A stretch of 46,784 bases of DNA from Candidatus Hadarchaeota archaeon (GTDB lineage: Archaea; Hadarchaeota; Hadarchaeia; Hadarchaeales; Hadarchaeaceae): assembly GCA_040757795.1 (NCBI GenBank), contig JBFLWG010000001.1:1-46784 (forward strand), written 5' to 3'. Positions 1 through 8,541 of the stretch are shown one piece after another; positions within the stretch are counted from its first letter, which is position 1; each line of letters opens with the position of its first letter. Both the position numbers and the translations under genes were made by a program. The notes under the pieces were generated by a model. The model was given only the letters and a program-made list of their open reading frames with translations, did no database searches and had not been told where the DNA came from.

Positions 1-2130
1 CAGTTTGCGCCCAAGATATCCATTTTGACCTTGGTCGGAGTCTTGCAGCTTACCTGAATCTGCTGCCCGCTGAACCTCAGCCTAACTTCGTTGTCGCTTG
101 TGGTGAGATACAACCTGTTTTCGGCCCACCCGACGAAGTCCCCAGTGGCTGTGGTCAGAGAACCGTTGACGGTATAGGTCCCGTTCTCCTTCACCTTGAT
201 CTTCGCGACCACCACAAGGTATTCGTTTCCGGCTGCGCCGCCAGTGTCTTCCGCGTAATCGCCGTGGCCGCTGCTTTCTATGTAGGCGGCCGGCTCCTCA
301 AAGTTATCGTAATTGTAATTCCCGGTTGTCGTGTAGGTGTCCTCGCCATTGATAAATGTCGTGCCACCGCCGACGGACGGAATCTCCCCCCACAACTGGA
401 GCGTTACATTGTATGGTCCATTTTTCTGCTTGAGGCGTATTTGAGAACCGCTGAACTTCAGGGTTATTGTGTAGTTGTCCGCGCTGTTGTTTTCCAGCCA
501 GTTGTCCGCTCCAGCAAATGATATGAAATTCCAACCGGTGTTGTCTTTCAGGTTCGCGCCTATGTGGTACATGCCCGATTTTCTAACGTTCAACTTCGCG
601 TTGACCACCAGCCAGTCGTAAAGATTGTCGTTGTCGGAATCTATGTTTTCAGTCGTGTGCTGCCCTGAGACGAACGATGCGAATGGCGGGCTGAAGTTGT
701 CGTACTTGTAAGGGGTCGTAATGGTGTAATCATCCGTGCCGATTGTTTCCCAGGTCTGGGTTTTTAGCCAGATGTTTACCTTGTAAGGGGCGTTTTCCAG
801 AGAATTCCGGATTGCAGGGCCGCTGAAGAAGAGGTTTATTGTGTATGTGTCGCCGTTGTCCAAAGTTACGATATTTTCTGCCCATGTTATCCATTGCCAG
901 TTGTTGTTGTGAAGGCTCCCGTTGATGATGTAGGTGCCCGACGTCATGGCCTGCACTTTGGCGGTCACGCGCAGATAGTCAAACTTCCCATCGTTGTCTG
1001 TGTCTATTCCCACATCGGTATGGTCTCCACGAATCAGAACAGCTGGCGACGGCTCGAACATGTCGTATTTGTACCCCAATATTGTGAGTGCATTGAAATT
1101 TTCGTCCCACCATTGGGTGCTCGGGTCGTTCACGTTCAGCTGCAGTTCATACTGATCGTTTTCCCACGACTGGTAAATCTGATAACCTGTAAACTTCAGC
1201 TCAACTTGGTAGGTCCCGGTGGTAGAGTAGTAGTTATCGGCCCAGGCCTCCGCAATCTTGTATGACCTGCTGGCGTTGAACAGGTCACCGTGGACATTGT
1301 ACTGGCCAGGGCTGTACACCTCAATCTTGGCTTTCACAACCAGATAATCCAACTTTCCATCGTTGTCTGTGTCCCGATTTTCCGTGGTGTGCGGCTGTGA
1401 ACCCGTGGTGCTGATTTCCACCGGGGGGTTCTGGAAACTTGACCATTGATAGGGCTGTGTCCAGGAGTTGTCAGTGTTTATCAAAGTATTAAAATTATCT
1501 TCAATCCGCACATCAATGAAATATGGGCCGCTGCCCTTGTTGCTGTAAATCCTGCGGCCGTCAAAAGATATTGTTACAATGTTGTCGGCAGACGAGAGAT
1601 TTCTAGTGTTTTCTCTTATGTCTATGTTAAACCTGTTCGGATTGTTCCAGCTGTCTGACCAAAGTTCTGCGTGGACTTTGTAGCTGCCGGAGACTTTCAC
1701 TTTTGTTTCGACGGTCAATATCAAGTTCTCATTTTCAGGGTCAGAGTCCCCGTTATACGGTGAGGCAGACATTGAAAAGATTTTCACGGGGAGGACCTCG
1801 AAATTTTCGTAATAGTAGGGGTAGTTTATGAAATAATCAAAACGATCGACGAACATGTTGGAGTTGTTGTCCACAGATATTTCCGCAAAGTATGGGCCGT
1901 TTTCTCCAAAATCATTAATGTAACGCCCGTCGAAGTCCACAAAAGTAGTATTGGTACCAACGTTTATCCAGACCGTGCTATCGAACGATGTTATTTTTCT
2001 GCGGTTGTCCACGTTCTCGTTATCGTACAAATCCGCGCGCACTTTGTAGTTGTCAGACTTTTTGGCTTCAATCGGGACCGTTAGCCTCAGATAATCCTGC
2101 AAATTGTCCTGCAAATTGTCGGTATTCAGA
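1..2130 (-). repeat. In-frame tandem coding repeats, period about 360-370 bp, diverged
   Basis: The string CCATCGTTGTCTGTGTC recurs at about 988 and about 1357, a 369-bp spacing. Related Asp-rich motif positions lie near 250, 630, 1725 and 2100. The protein-level periodicity was seen in hand translation. Confidence 0.7.
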
Positions 2131-2630
2131 ACGCTGTCGGTGACTCCCTGCAAGATTTTCGCTGACACGACAGCTGTGTTCTCCGAACGCGTGAAAGTAG
2201 AAAAAACGTTGTCAATGGTTGTCACAACCCACGTGTAGTCCTGCCTAGAAGGTGCCGGAAGCGCCGGAGGTCTAGCATAGAACTTGAATGGCGGGCTCCA
2301 CTGACCAGTGCCGACCGAGGCGCTCGGACTGCTGTAACGAATGTTTTCTCCATCGTAGCCCTGCCATTGCCAGCCAGCTGGAGTGCTATTCTCGGAAAAA
2401 TTGGAAAATCCGGACGGCACTCTTATGATGATGTTTTCTACATTGTCCGGCCCGTTGTTCAAAAATTGGACAGTTATGATGTTATCTTTGTTTTCAAGAA
2501 GCGTGTCCGGTTGGATGATGTCCTGCCCGCCAGTACTGTGGACCGCCGCCGCCATAGGGGAAAACAGCAGGGTTAAGACTAGAAACAGCGCGAATGCTGC
2601 TGGCACTTTTTTTATGGAATCTTTGCCCAT
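1..2630 (-). CDS. Large secreted/cell-surface protein, truncated at its 3' end by the window edge (signal peptide plus at least 6 tandem ~123-aa repeats)
   Basis: Absent from the ORF track because it runs off the window. The reverse-strand ATG at 2630-2628 gives MGKDSIKKVPAAFALFLVLTLLFSPMAAAVHS (signal-like). My hand translation found no stop down to position 1. Repeats open with Asp-rich motifs (DTDNDGKFDYL, DTDNDGKLDYL, DSDNDNLYDWL, DSDPENENLIL), followed by a G.Y.V...L...F.G..I....GPY.V pattern. Confidence 0.8.
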   Translation of the reverse strand, partial: MGKDSIKKVPAAFALFLVLTLLFSPMAAAVHSTGGQDIIQPDTLLENKDNIITVQFLNNGPDNVENIIIRVPSGFSNFSENSTPAGWQWQGYDGENIRYSSPSASVGTGQWSPPFKFYARPPALPAPSRQDYTWVVTTIDNVFSTFTRSENTAVVSAKILQGVTDSVLNTDNLQDNLQDYLRLTVPIEAKKSDNYKVRADLYDNENVDNRRKITSFDSTVWINVGTNTTFVDFDGRYINDFGENGPYFAEISVDNNSNMFVDRFDYFINYPYYYENFEVLPVKIFSMSASPYNGDSDPENENLILTVETKVKVSGSYKVHAELWSDSWNNPNRFNIDIRENTRNLSSADNIVTISFDGRRIYSNKGSGPYFIDVRIEDNFNTLINTDNSWTQPYQWSSFQNPPVEISTTGSQPHTTENRDTDNDGKLDYLVVKAKIEVYSPGQYNVHGDLFNASRSYKIAEAWADNYYSTTGTYQVELKFTGYQIYQSWENDQYELQLNVNDPSTQWWDENFNALTILGYKYDMFEPSPAVLIRGDHTDVGIDTDNDGKFDYLRVTAKVQAMTSGTYIINGSLHNNNWQWITWAENIVTLDNGDTYTINLFFSGPAIRNSLENAPYKVNIWLKTQTWETIGTDDYTITTPYKYDNFSPPFASFVSGQHTTENIDSDNDNLYDWLVVNAKLNVRKSGMYHIGANLKDNTGWNFISFAGADNWLENNSADNYTITLKFSGSQIRLKQKNGPYNVTLQLWGEIPSVGGGTTFINGEDTYTTTGNYNYDNFEEPAAYIESSGHGDYAEDTGGAAGNEYLVVVAKIKVKENGTYTVNGSLTTATGDFVGWAENRLYLTTSDNEVRLRFSGQQIQVSCKTPTKVKMDILGAN

Positions 2631-2694
2631 GTCATGCCTCCAAATTGCAATTCCTATAGGCCGGGAGTCAGTAAAAGTGTAGCCTGGAACCGGC

Positions 2695-2715
2695 CGTTTC
2701 ATTGCCTGAAACGGT
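2695..2715. promoter_or_regulatory. Inverted repeat CCGTTTCA-N5-TGAAACGG in the divergent intergenic region between the surface-protein gene and the membrane-bound wHTH regulator gene
   Basis: Perfect 8-bp arms at 2695-2702 and 2708-2715. A TATA-like ATTTATTT lies about 25-30 nt upstream of the ATG at 2758. Confidence 0.3.
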
Positions 2716-2757
2716 AAAAAGCCATTTATTTGTTTGCGCAAGCTCTATTGGTGGCCC

Positions 2758-3744
2758 ATGCGGCTAAAAACAGCTTTGCCAGGGGTGCTTCTGGCCCTTC
2801 TGCTGGTCCCTGCGGCAGGGGCGCAGACGCAGTTCCAGATAAACTGGTCCGATTCCGGTGTCGAGATTACAGATAACTCTGGAAAAGAAAACATTGCGAT
2901 GGAATACACGATACTGCAGCAGAGCGAGAATTTGGGTGACACCATCGAGATATGGGGGCCAATTTCCGGTGTCAGCGCCCGAGACTCCACAGGGGCCCTG
3001 ACGCACTCAGACAACATCTCAGAAAACTGGTCCAAGGTGACATTCTACTTCCGGAGCGGGCTGACAGCAGGGGACCGCTCGGCCGTGACAATTGAGTTCA
3101 CAAAAGCTGTCACGTCGGCGGAAAATGGAAAATCGTACACTGTTGGGTACAGGTGGAGCAGGGCGCCGCTGACTTCCCGCACCATAGCCAAACTTCCCAG
3201 AAACAGCGCGCTGCTTGGCACGGAAGTCACTCCATCATCTGTATACACATATGACGGCGTCCTTAATGTCAGGTGGTTCAAGGTTTTGGAGAACTCTTTC
3301 AAAAGCTGGGTAACTTTCGAAAAAAGCGTCACCCCCCCGACCGAAAACACGCCGACGTCGCCAATCCCGACCGGAGGCGAGGTGCCCATCTCCGTGCTGA
3401 TGGCGATGGTAATAGTGTCACTCGTGCTCTCCGGGTTGATAATCTACAAGGCCAGGCCGCCACGGCAGCCAGTCACGGTGCCCGAAAAGCAGCCAGCATC
3501 CCCAGAGGAGGTGAGGAAAATACTGTCGCTTCTAACCGACAACGAGCGGGCTGTTGCCAACCAGCTTCTGAAGCAGGACGACATGGCGCAGAAGGTTTTG
3601 TGCGAGAAGACCGGCATCCCCAAGGCCACGATGTCGCGCACGATAAAAAGCCTAGAAGCTAAGAAAATCGTCAGGCAGACCGGGCACGGCGCCTGGAAGA
3701 GGGTACGCCTGACCAGATGGGCGAAGCAGTGGAAGTCGGATTGA
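2758..3744 (+). CDS. Membrane-anchored winged-helix (MarR/ArsR-like) transcriptional regulator with an N-terminal extracytoplasmic domain
   Basis: MRLKTALPGVLLALLLVPAAGAQ signal, then a ~190-aa domain, a TM helix (ISVLMAMVIVSLVLSGLIIY) and a C-terminal wHTH (NERAVANQLLKQDDMAQKVLCEKTGIPKATMSRTIKSLEAKKIV). The track ORF starts at TTG 2734, but I prefer ATG 2758. Confidence 0.7.
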   Translation: MRLKTALPGVLLALLLVPAAGAQTQFQINWSDSGVEITDNSGKENIAMEYTILQQSENLGDTIEIWGPISGVSARDSTGALTHSDNISENWSKVTFYFRSGLTAGDRSAVTIEFTKAVTSAENGKSYTVGYRWSRAPLTSRTIAKLPRNSALLGTEVTPSSVYTYDGVLNVRWFKVLENSFKSWVTFEKSVTPPTENTPTSPIPTGGEVPISVLMAMVIVSLVLSGLIIYKARPPRQPVTVPEKQPASPEEVRKILSLLTDNERAVANQLLKQDDMAQKVLCEKTGIPKATMSRTIKSLEAKKIVRQTGHGAWKRVRLTRWAKQWKSD

Positions 3745-3752
3745 CCCTTTGC

Positions 3753-4868
3753 TCACGGGATTATCTCGCAACCGTTGTACTTAGTGAACTTGAAATCTTC
3801 AGGCGAGACCGCTCCTTCGGCGAGGAGCCTCCTCATCCTCGGCAGCTGCTCGGCCACTGAATCGGCGAGATTGCGAACGGTGCCGCAGACAATCCTGTAT
3901 TCTTCATCGCTCCACCTCTTGAAGACGTTAGAGTAAAGGCACCGACCCCCGCAGAGTTCAAACATGCCGCAACTTGGACATGGTTCTTCAACAGGGACTC
4001 TGCTCAACTTCGTGGGGTTCGCGCTGGATATATGGCCTAAATAAAATTTCTTCATCCCCCACATTACCGGACAGGGGACTATGTTTCCGTCGGTCTGGAT
4101 TGCGTAATTTGCCCAGCCGGCGCCGCAGCGGAGAAGGCTTCCCTTGCCTTCCAAAAGTGACTGGGCTATCCCCAAGAAAGGGTAAATTTTCAGAACTTTG
4201 CCATCGTTCTCCATCCTGTCCACCCAGAAATTAGCGAGCTTGCGGACGCCCGGGTTGTAGCTCTCCTCCGCCCACCTCCTGAAATCTCTGTCGCTGAAGT
4301 CGTCCCAAAATCCCGCGTTGAGCTGCCAGTGCACCGAAGAAAAACTGAACTCGCTGTTGTCCAGCAACCACGCCACCTGCTTGTAGATGTCGGTCTGCTC
4401 CATCGCCGTCATCCTGGCGATAATTTCCCCCTTGAACCCTCCCTCCTTCACCTGTTTCAGGTTCTCAACGACCTTTCTGAGGGTTCCTTTTCCCCTGTAA
4501 AGGTCCGTAAGTTCCTCATCACCGTCGACCGAAACAGCGATCGTGTGCAACCTGTTGGTGTACTCTGGGCCTAGGTGGTCGAGAAGCATGCCGTTCGTTT
4601 GGACCAAAAAACGCTTGACTCTCACACTGTCCATTATTTTTTTCATATCTTCCGCGCAAAGCAATGGTTCTCCACCGTAGAAAATCAAGGAGCAATCCGG
4701 GTCCTGCCTGCAGAAGCTGTCCAAATTTTCAATATCGTAGTTCACTTTATCAGGTAACTGGTAATCAATTTGGCCATGCGTAACGAAGCTGAAATCCTTG
4801 GCCGCCTCCCCAAAACAGTATTTGCACTGGAGATTGCATTGGGTCGTCAGTATCAAGTGAAAAAACAT
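3753..4868 (-). CDS. Radical SAM enzyme with a C-terminal SPASM-type Cys-rich domain (resembles the AF0577-type putative peptide-modifying rSAM family, from memory)
   Basis: CNLQCKYC (CxxxCxxC) sits at residues 11-18 counted from MFFHLILTTQ. C-terminal Cys clusters: RCGAGW...PCPVM...CPSCGMFELCGGRC. The track ORF extends to 5225, but that extension overlaps the SemiSWEET gene, so ATG 4868 is chosen. Confidence 0.85.
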   Translation of the reverse strand: MFFHLILTTQCNLQCKYCFGEAAKDFSFVTHGQIDYQLPDKVNYDIENLDSFCRQDPDCSLIFYGGEPLLCAEDMKKIMDSVRVKRFLVQTNGMLLDHLGPEYTNRLHTIAVSVDGDEELTDLYRGKGTLRKVVENLKQVKEGGFKGEIIARMTAMEQTDIYKQVAWLLDNSEFSFSSVHWQLNAGFWDDFSDRDFRRWAEESYNPGVRKLANFWVDRMENDGKVLKIYPFLGIAQSLLEGKGSLLRCGAGWANYAIQTDGNIVPCPVMWGMKKFYLGHISSANPTKLSRVPVEEPCPSCGMFELCGGRCLYSNVFKRWSDEEYRIVCGTVRNLADSVAEQLPRMRRLLAEGAVSPEDFKFTKYNGCEIIP

Positions 4869-4885
4869 GCCATCACTGGACTGCG

Positions 4886-5167
4886 CTAACGGCCGGGCCT
4901 GCGATTTTTGACCATGCCGTATTTCAACTTTGCTGTGAGGAGAAGAGAGAGAAGAAGCATGTTTGCGCTGTTCCACAGGATCACCGAGGCCAAACCTAGC
5001 AAGATACCATAACTCAGCCAGCATGTTACGCCTGCCAAGACCAGAACTGTGAACGGGAGGCTTATCTCGCGCGCGCTCTTGAGCCTCCAGACGCGAACCA
5101 CTTGGGGGATGTACCCGAGAGCCACGATTGCGCCCGCCACCAGGCCTAGAAGTTCTACCTCTGACAT
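4886..5167 (-). CDS. SemiSWEET / PQ-loop family 3-TM transporter
   Basis: 93 aa with three hydrophobic helices. PQ motif GYIPQVVRVWRLKSAREIS and WLSYGILLG closely match the bacterial SemiSWEET pattern (LPQV.RV...K...IS...W..YGIL). Confidence 0.8.
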   Translation of the reverse strand: MSEVELLGLVAGAIVALGYIPQVVRVWRLKSAREISLPFTVLVLAGVTCWLSYGILLGLASVILWNSANMLLLSLLLTAKLKYGMVKNRRPGR

Positions 5168-5235
5168 TTGTTCTCACAACAACTTGTTTTGTTCCAGATA
5201 AAAGTTGGGCACTGTCATCGGCCATGCTGCAATTG

Positions 5236-5859
5236 TTAAAAATTCTTGTCCAAAAGTGACTTGACTTTGCTGACTACTTTTTCCACTTCTTCCTCCCTTT
5301 TTTCAAAGTCGGCGTTTTCGTTTTCCACAATCAGGACGGGAATCTTGACGTGCTTCTGCAGCTCCCTGTAATCGTCGCGCGCGTATGTTTTCTCCATTTC
5401 TTCCCTAGAAACAAGGTGGGAGTCCAGCCCTCGCTCGCGCTCCTCCTGCACCCGCCGGACGTTGCGCGCCCAGCATGTGTCGAATGAAGCGTTTATGTAA
5501 ATTATCAAAGAATTTTTCAGGACCTCGGGGCTGAATCCCTTGAACGCACGGACATAGCTGTCCCGCGAGAACTCGATGAAAAGAAGGCGGTCGGGGCGCT
5601 GGAACTCCTGGGCCTGCTTGTCGAGCCCTTTTATGAGATCGTCCCACACGGTGTCGTCGGTGACCTTAAGCCCGCCGCCCGGGGCCGGGCGCGAGCGCTT
5701 GTGCTTGGTGTCCGTGTCAAAAATGTTCTTGAGAATCGGAAAGTCGTCTATCCTCTTGAACTCTCCCTTGAACCCGCTGTCCCGGAGCTTTTTTTCAATT
5801 GTCCGAAAGACGGCCGACTTCCCGCATCCTGGCCTGCCGAGCAGAAAGATGTTGGGCAA
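5236..5859 (-). CDS. P-loop NTPase, kinase-like
   Basis: Walker A GRPGCGKS at residues 8-15. The TTG start lies 4 nt after the upstream stop. 207 aa, with no further domain recognised. Confidence 0.7.
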   Translation of the reverse strand: MPNIFLLGRPGCGKSAVFRTIEKKLRDSGFKGEFKRIDDFPILKNIFDTDTKHKRSRPAPGGGLKVTDDTVWDDLIKGLDKQAQEFQRPDRLLFIEFSRDSYVRAFKGFSPEVLKNSLIIYINASFDTCWARNVRRVQEERERGLDSHLVSREEMEKTYARDDYRELQKHVKIPVLIVENENADFEKREEEVEKVVSKVKSLLDKNF

Positions 5860-5863
5860 GACT

Positions 5864-6832
5864 TCACCCTAGTATCCGGCGCAAAAATTCATTCTCGCCG
5901 CGCATGATCTCGTTCCGGCGCAATATCTGCTCCTTCGTCTTGACCGCGGTCTCGACCACTATAAGCTCGGCGCCTTTTTCCTTCACAAGCTGCGCGTAGC
6001 GGATCAGGTTGTCCCTCTTGAGGAGCCCGACCTCCTCCTGCAGAGGCGGGTGGAAAAGCTTCTTGACCGGGACATAGTCGTTCAGGTGGAGCTCCTTGAA
6101 CATGCCGTCGGGGATTTTCTTGATCACATCCTCGGGAGGGTCTGGGACCGGCCTGCCTACATCGGCTCGGGTGAACCAGTGGCCTATGTCAAGGTTAAAG
6201 TAAATCTTCACGCCGTTCTGCCTGACCTCGTCTATCACGCTGCAGACGTCCTCCGGCTCGAAGAATGCCCCGTCGAACGCCGTGTTGTTCTCTAGATGGA
6301 AGGCGATTCCCTTTGAGGACGCGAGGCTCCCCAGCTCTATCATGCTCTTCACAAGGCTTGACCTAATCATGTCATAGTACTTGCCGGCGGCGTGATAGAA
6401 AGGCACGACCCCGGGATGGATTATGCAGTTCTTGCACCCTATCCCCGCGGCGAACTCGAGGTACTTCTTGTGGAGCTCGACAGACGCCTTGCGGTCCTCG
6501 TTGTATGGGGCGCAGACGCTTCCGCCGACGTAAGTGTATGGGTGGTGGAGGGAAAGTGTTATTCCGGACTTCTTTGCCGCCTCCTTGGCTTTTTTCTTTT
6601 GCTCTTCGGTGAAGCCCAAGTAGGGGTTGGGGACGGCGCCGTCCAGCTCCACGTGGTCCAAGCCCTGCCTTTTGGCCTCCTCAACCTGCCCGGCTATGTC
6701 TCCTTTCGCGGGGACCTGCACCGTGGCGTCCATGTCCGCCACCGTGATCTCTCCGGCCTCTAGCTTTCTCTGGTCATCCGGGCTCAGGTAGCCAAAGTAC
6801 AGCAAGTTTGTAAAGTCCCTCCCGAGCTTCAT
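5864..6832 (-). CDS. Xylose isomerase-like TIM-barrel protein (sugar phosphate isomerase/epimerase, AP endonuclease 2 superfamily)
   Basis: Motif series LHHP, IIHPG, FHLENN, NLDIGH and HLND is typical of the family. ATG at 6832. Confidence 0.8.
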   Translation of the reverse strand: MKLGRDFTNLLYFGYLSPDDQRKLEAGEITVADMDATVQVPAKGDIAGQVEEAKRQGLDHVELDGAVPNPYLGFTEEQKKKAKEAAKKSGITLSLHHPYTYVGGSVCAPYNEDRKASVELHKKYLEFAAGIGCKNCIIHPGVVPFYHAAGKYYDMIRSSLVKSMIELGSLASSKGIAFHLENNTAFDGAFFEPEDVCSVIDEVRQNGVKIYFNLDIGHWFTRADVGRPVPDPPEDVIKKIPDGMFKELHLNDYVPVKKLFHPPLQEEVGLLKRDNLIRYAQLVKEKGAELIVVETAVKTKEQILRRNEIMRGENEFLRRILG

Positions 6833-6919
6833 ATTCTCAAAGTGAGTCTGAACTGGGTTTTAATAGCCTTCCGAGTGGGCGGCATGGCGGCAAAACTTTT
6901 GATACCTCGCAGGAAGGAT

Positions 6920-8488
6920 ATGGCGGGAATGATGTCAAAAGCTGCCTGCTCTCTGGCCATCGCGGCGATTTTTATCCTGGCTGCCATGCCTATAGCCGGC
7001 GCTCAGGTGGCGCCTGTTGAAGATGAGATAACTTACGATTTCACGTCCCCGGAAAATTTGAAGCTCAGCATTCGTTCTTACTATTACGATGAGTTTCTGG
7101 TCCAAGATGTCTACTGGAGGGCCAGAATAGACCTGCTGAGATACATAGAAGAAATAGAGAACTCCAACAAGGACTCCTGGTGGAGAATCGATAACATAGA
7201 CATCAGGTTCGAAAACTTCATGTTTGACGCGTTCCCTCTGACACAGAACCTAGCGATAACAGGCCGCATCCGTCTTGACAACACCAGCGACAACATTCCC
7301 AAGCTATCGGTCAAAAAAATTGTTGAAGGAAGGAATGGGACAGTCACGCTAAAGTTCCCGGCCGGTTACCTCTCGCTTGGAGACCCCCAGCCGAATGAGA
7401 GGCGCAGAGAGAACAGCCGCGATGTCTTGACGTACGGCTTTGAAAACTACATTGAGCTTACCGCTTTTTTCAGTCGTGAAAATTCCGGTCTCGGCAAGGC
7501 ATATTTTGGACACAAGAGCGGCGGCGACATCTTGCTCCTGACCCCGTTTGTCGGGATTGCTGTCCTGACGGTTCTCAGGGTGGTTCTGGTGAAGAAGCGG
7601 GAGAAAAGTGGCGCCGCAAAATTCCTCAAGTCCAAATTCATCGGGCTGGTCGTGGCCCTGAACGGCCTTTTTCTGCTGGCCGTCGGGGCCGTCAGGCTTA
7701 GCGTCCTCAGCACCGTGCCATTTTTCTTCGGGGCGCTGGTCCTTCTGCTGGCCATCGACCCCGGAACGATTTTCAACTTGTTCCTGAAGGCAAGGGCGAA
7801 TCTGGACCCAAGCAAGCCTGCCCACCACTTCCTGGTTTTGACCTACCTGAACATTTTGTGGCCGCTGGTAGCCCTTCTCGCGATGGTTTTGGCCAACGTG
7901 GAGTTCCGGAGGGCTTTCAACCTTGTCATGTCGTGGCATGAGAATTGGTCCCTCATCCCCTTCCTGCTTGTGCTGCTCTCCCTTGCTTTTCTTGTGAAGG
8001 TTGGGTTCAGCTTTTCGCTCCACAGGAGAAAGCGCACGGCCAAGCTCAGGGAGAACGTCATTACCCTTGTGGGCAAACTGAGTCTGGCGAAGAAAAGAAA
8101 GCCGCGCAAGGACTTGCTCCTTGGATTTTCCGGAGCGCTGGTTCTTTTCGCCGCGTCTGCCGTCGCCGTCCTTGTCTTTGGCAGGGTTTCAGTCTACGGC
8201 GGAATCTTGAGTGGGCCCGGGGTGGTCGGCGCGGCGGTGATAGCAGTTTGCGGCGGCTTCGGGAGCGAATTTCTTTTCAGGTGTTTGCTACAGCCAAAGT
8301 TCGGCATTGCGCTGACATCCATCCTGTTCGGGGTCTTCTACAGCGTCTACGGTTTCTTTCCCAATGTCGTCTTGGCGGCGATGGCCGGCGTTCTGCTCGG
8401 CTGGATTTACAGCAAAAGACGGAACATCTGGGGGCCGGCGATTGCCCACTCCGCCTTCCTCTTCCTTTTCCTGATGTTACTAATTTGA
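6920..8488 (+). CDS. Polytopic membrane protein with a C-terminal CPBP (CAAX-type) intramembrane protease domain
   Basis: Signal/TM, then a ~200-aa extracytoplasmic domain and multiple TMs. C-terminal GSEFLFRCLLQP...FGVFYS...IAHSAFLF resembles the CPBP motifs. Start is uncertain among 6842 GTG, 6884 ATG and 6920 ATG. Confidence 0.65.
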   Translation: MAGMMSKAACSLAIAAIFILAAMPIAGAQVAPVEDEITYDFTSPENLKLSIRSYYYDEFLVQDVYWRARIDLLRYIEEIENSNKDSWWRIDNIDIRFENFMFDAFPLTQNLAITGRIRLDNTSDNIPKLSVKKIVEGRNGTVTLKFPAGYLSLGDPQPNERRRENSRDVLTYGFENYIELTAFFSRENSGLGKAYFGHKSGGDILLLTPFVGIAVLTVLRVVLVKKREKSGAAKFLKSKFIGLVVALNGLFLLAVGAVRLSVLSTVPFFFGALVLLLAIDPGTIFNLFLKARANLDPSKPAHHFLVLTYLNILWPLVALLAMVLANVEFRRAFNLVMSWHENWSLIPFLLVLLSLAFLVKVGFSFSLHRRKRTAKLRENVITLVGKLSLAKKRKPRKDLLLGFSGALVLFAASAVAVLVFGRVSVYGGILSGPGVVGAAVIAVCGGFGSEFLFRCLLQPKFGIALTSILFGVFYSVYGFFPNVVLAAMAGVLLGWIYSKRRNIWGPAIAHSAFLFLFLMLLI

Positions 8489-8541
8489 CCGCGAGTTGCC
8501 CCAAACTTATTAAGCCGCCTGCTTCATCAAAAAGTGGTGGT

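Noticed and set aside
264-2682. Short plus-strand ORFs (264..521, 894..1265, 1446..1658, 2367..2576, 2383..2682)
   Set aside because: All are antisense to the uninterrupted minus-strand surface-protein frame, which has a signal peptide and periodic repeats.
4869-5225. 119-aa N-terminal extension of the radical SAM ORF 3753..5225
   Set aside because: It is an Arg/Gly/Ser-rich stretch that overlaps the far more convincing SemiSWEET ORF (4886..5167). The rSAM Cys motif sits 11 residues after ATG 4868, as is usual.
7945-8541. 5' extension of track ORF 7945..9726 upstream of argG
   Set aside because: It overlaps the CPBP membrane-protein gene in another frame and reads as Arg/Gly/Pro-rich low-complexity sequence. 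The ArgG homology starts exactly at ATG 8542, behind a GGTGGT Shine-Dalgarno-like element.
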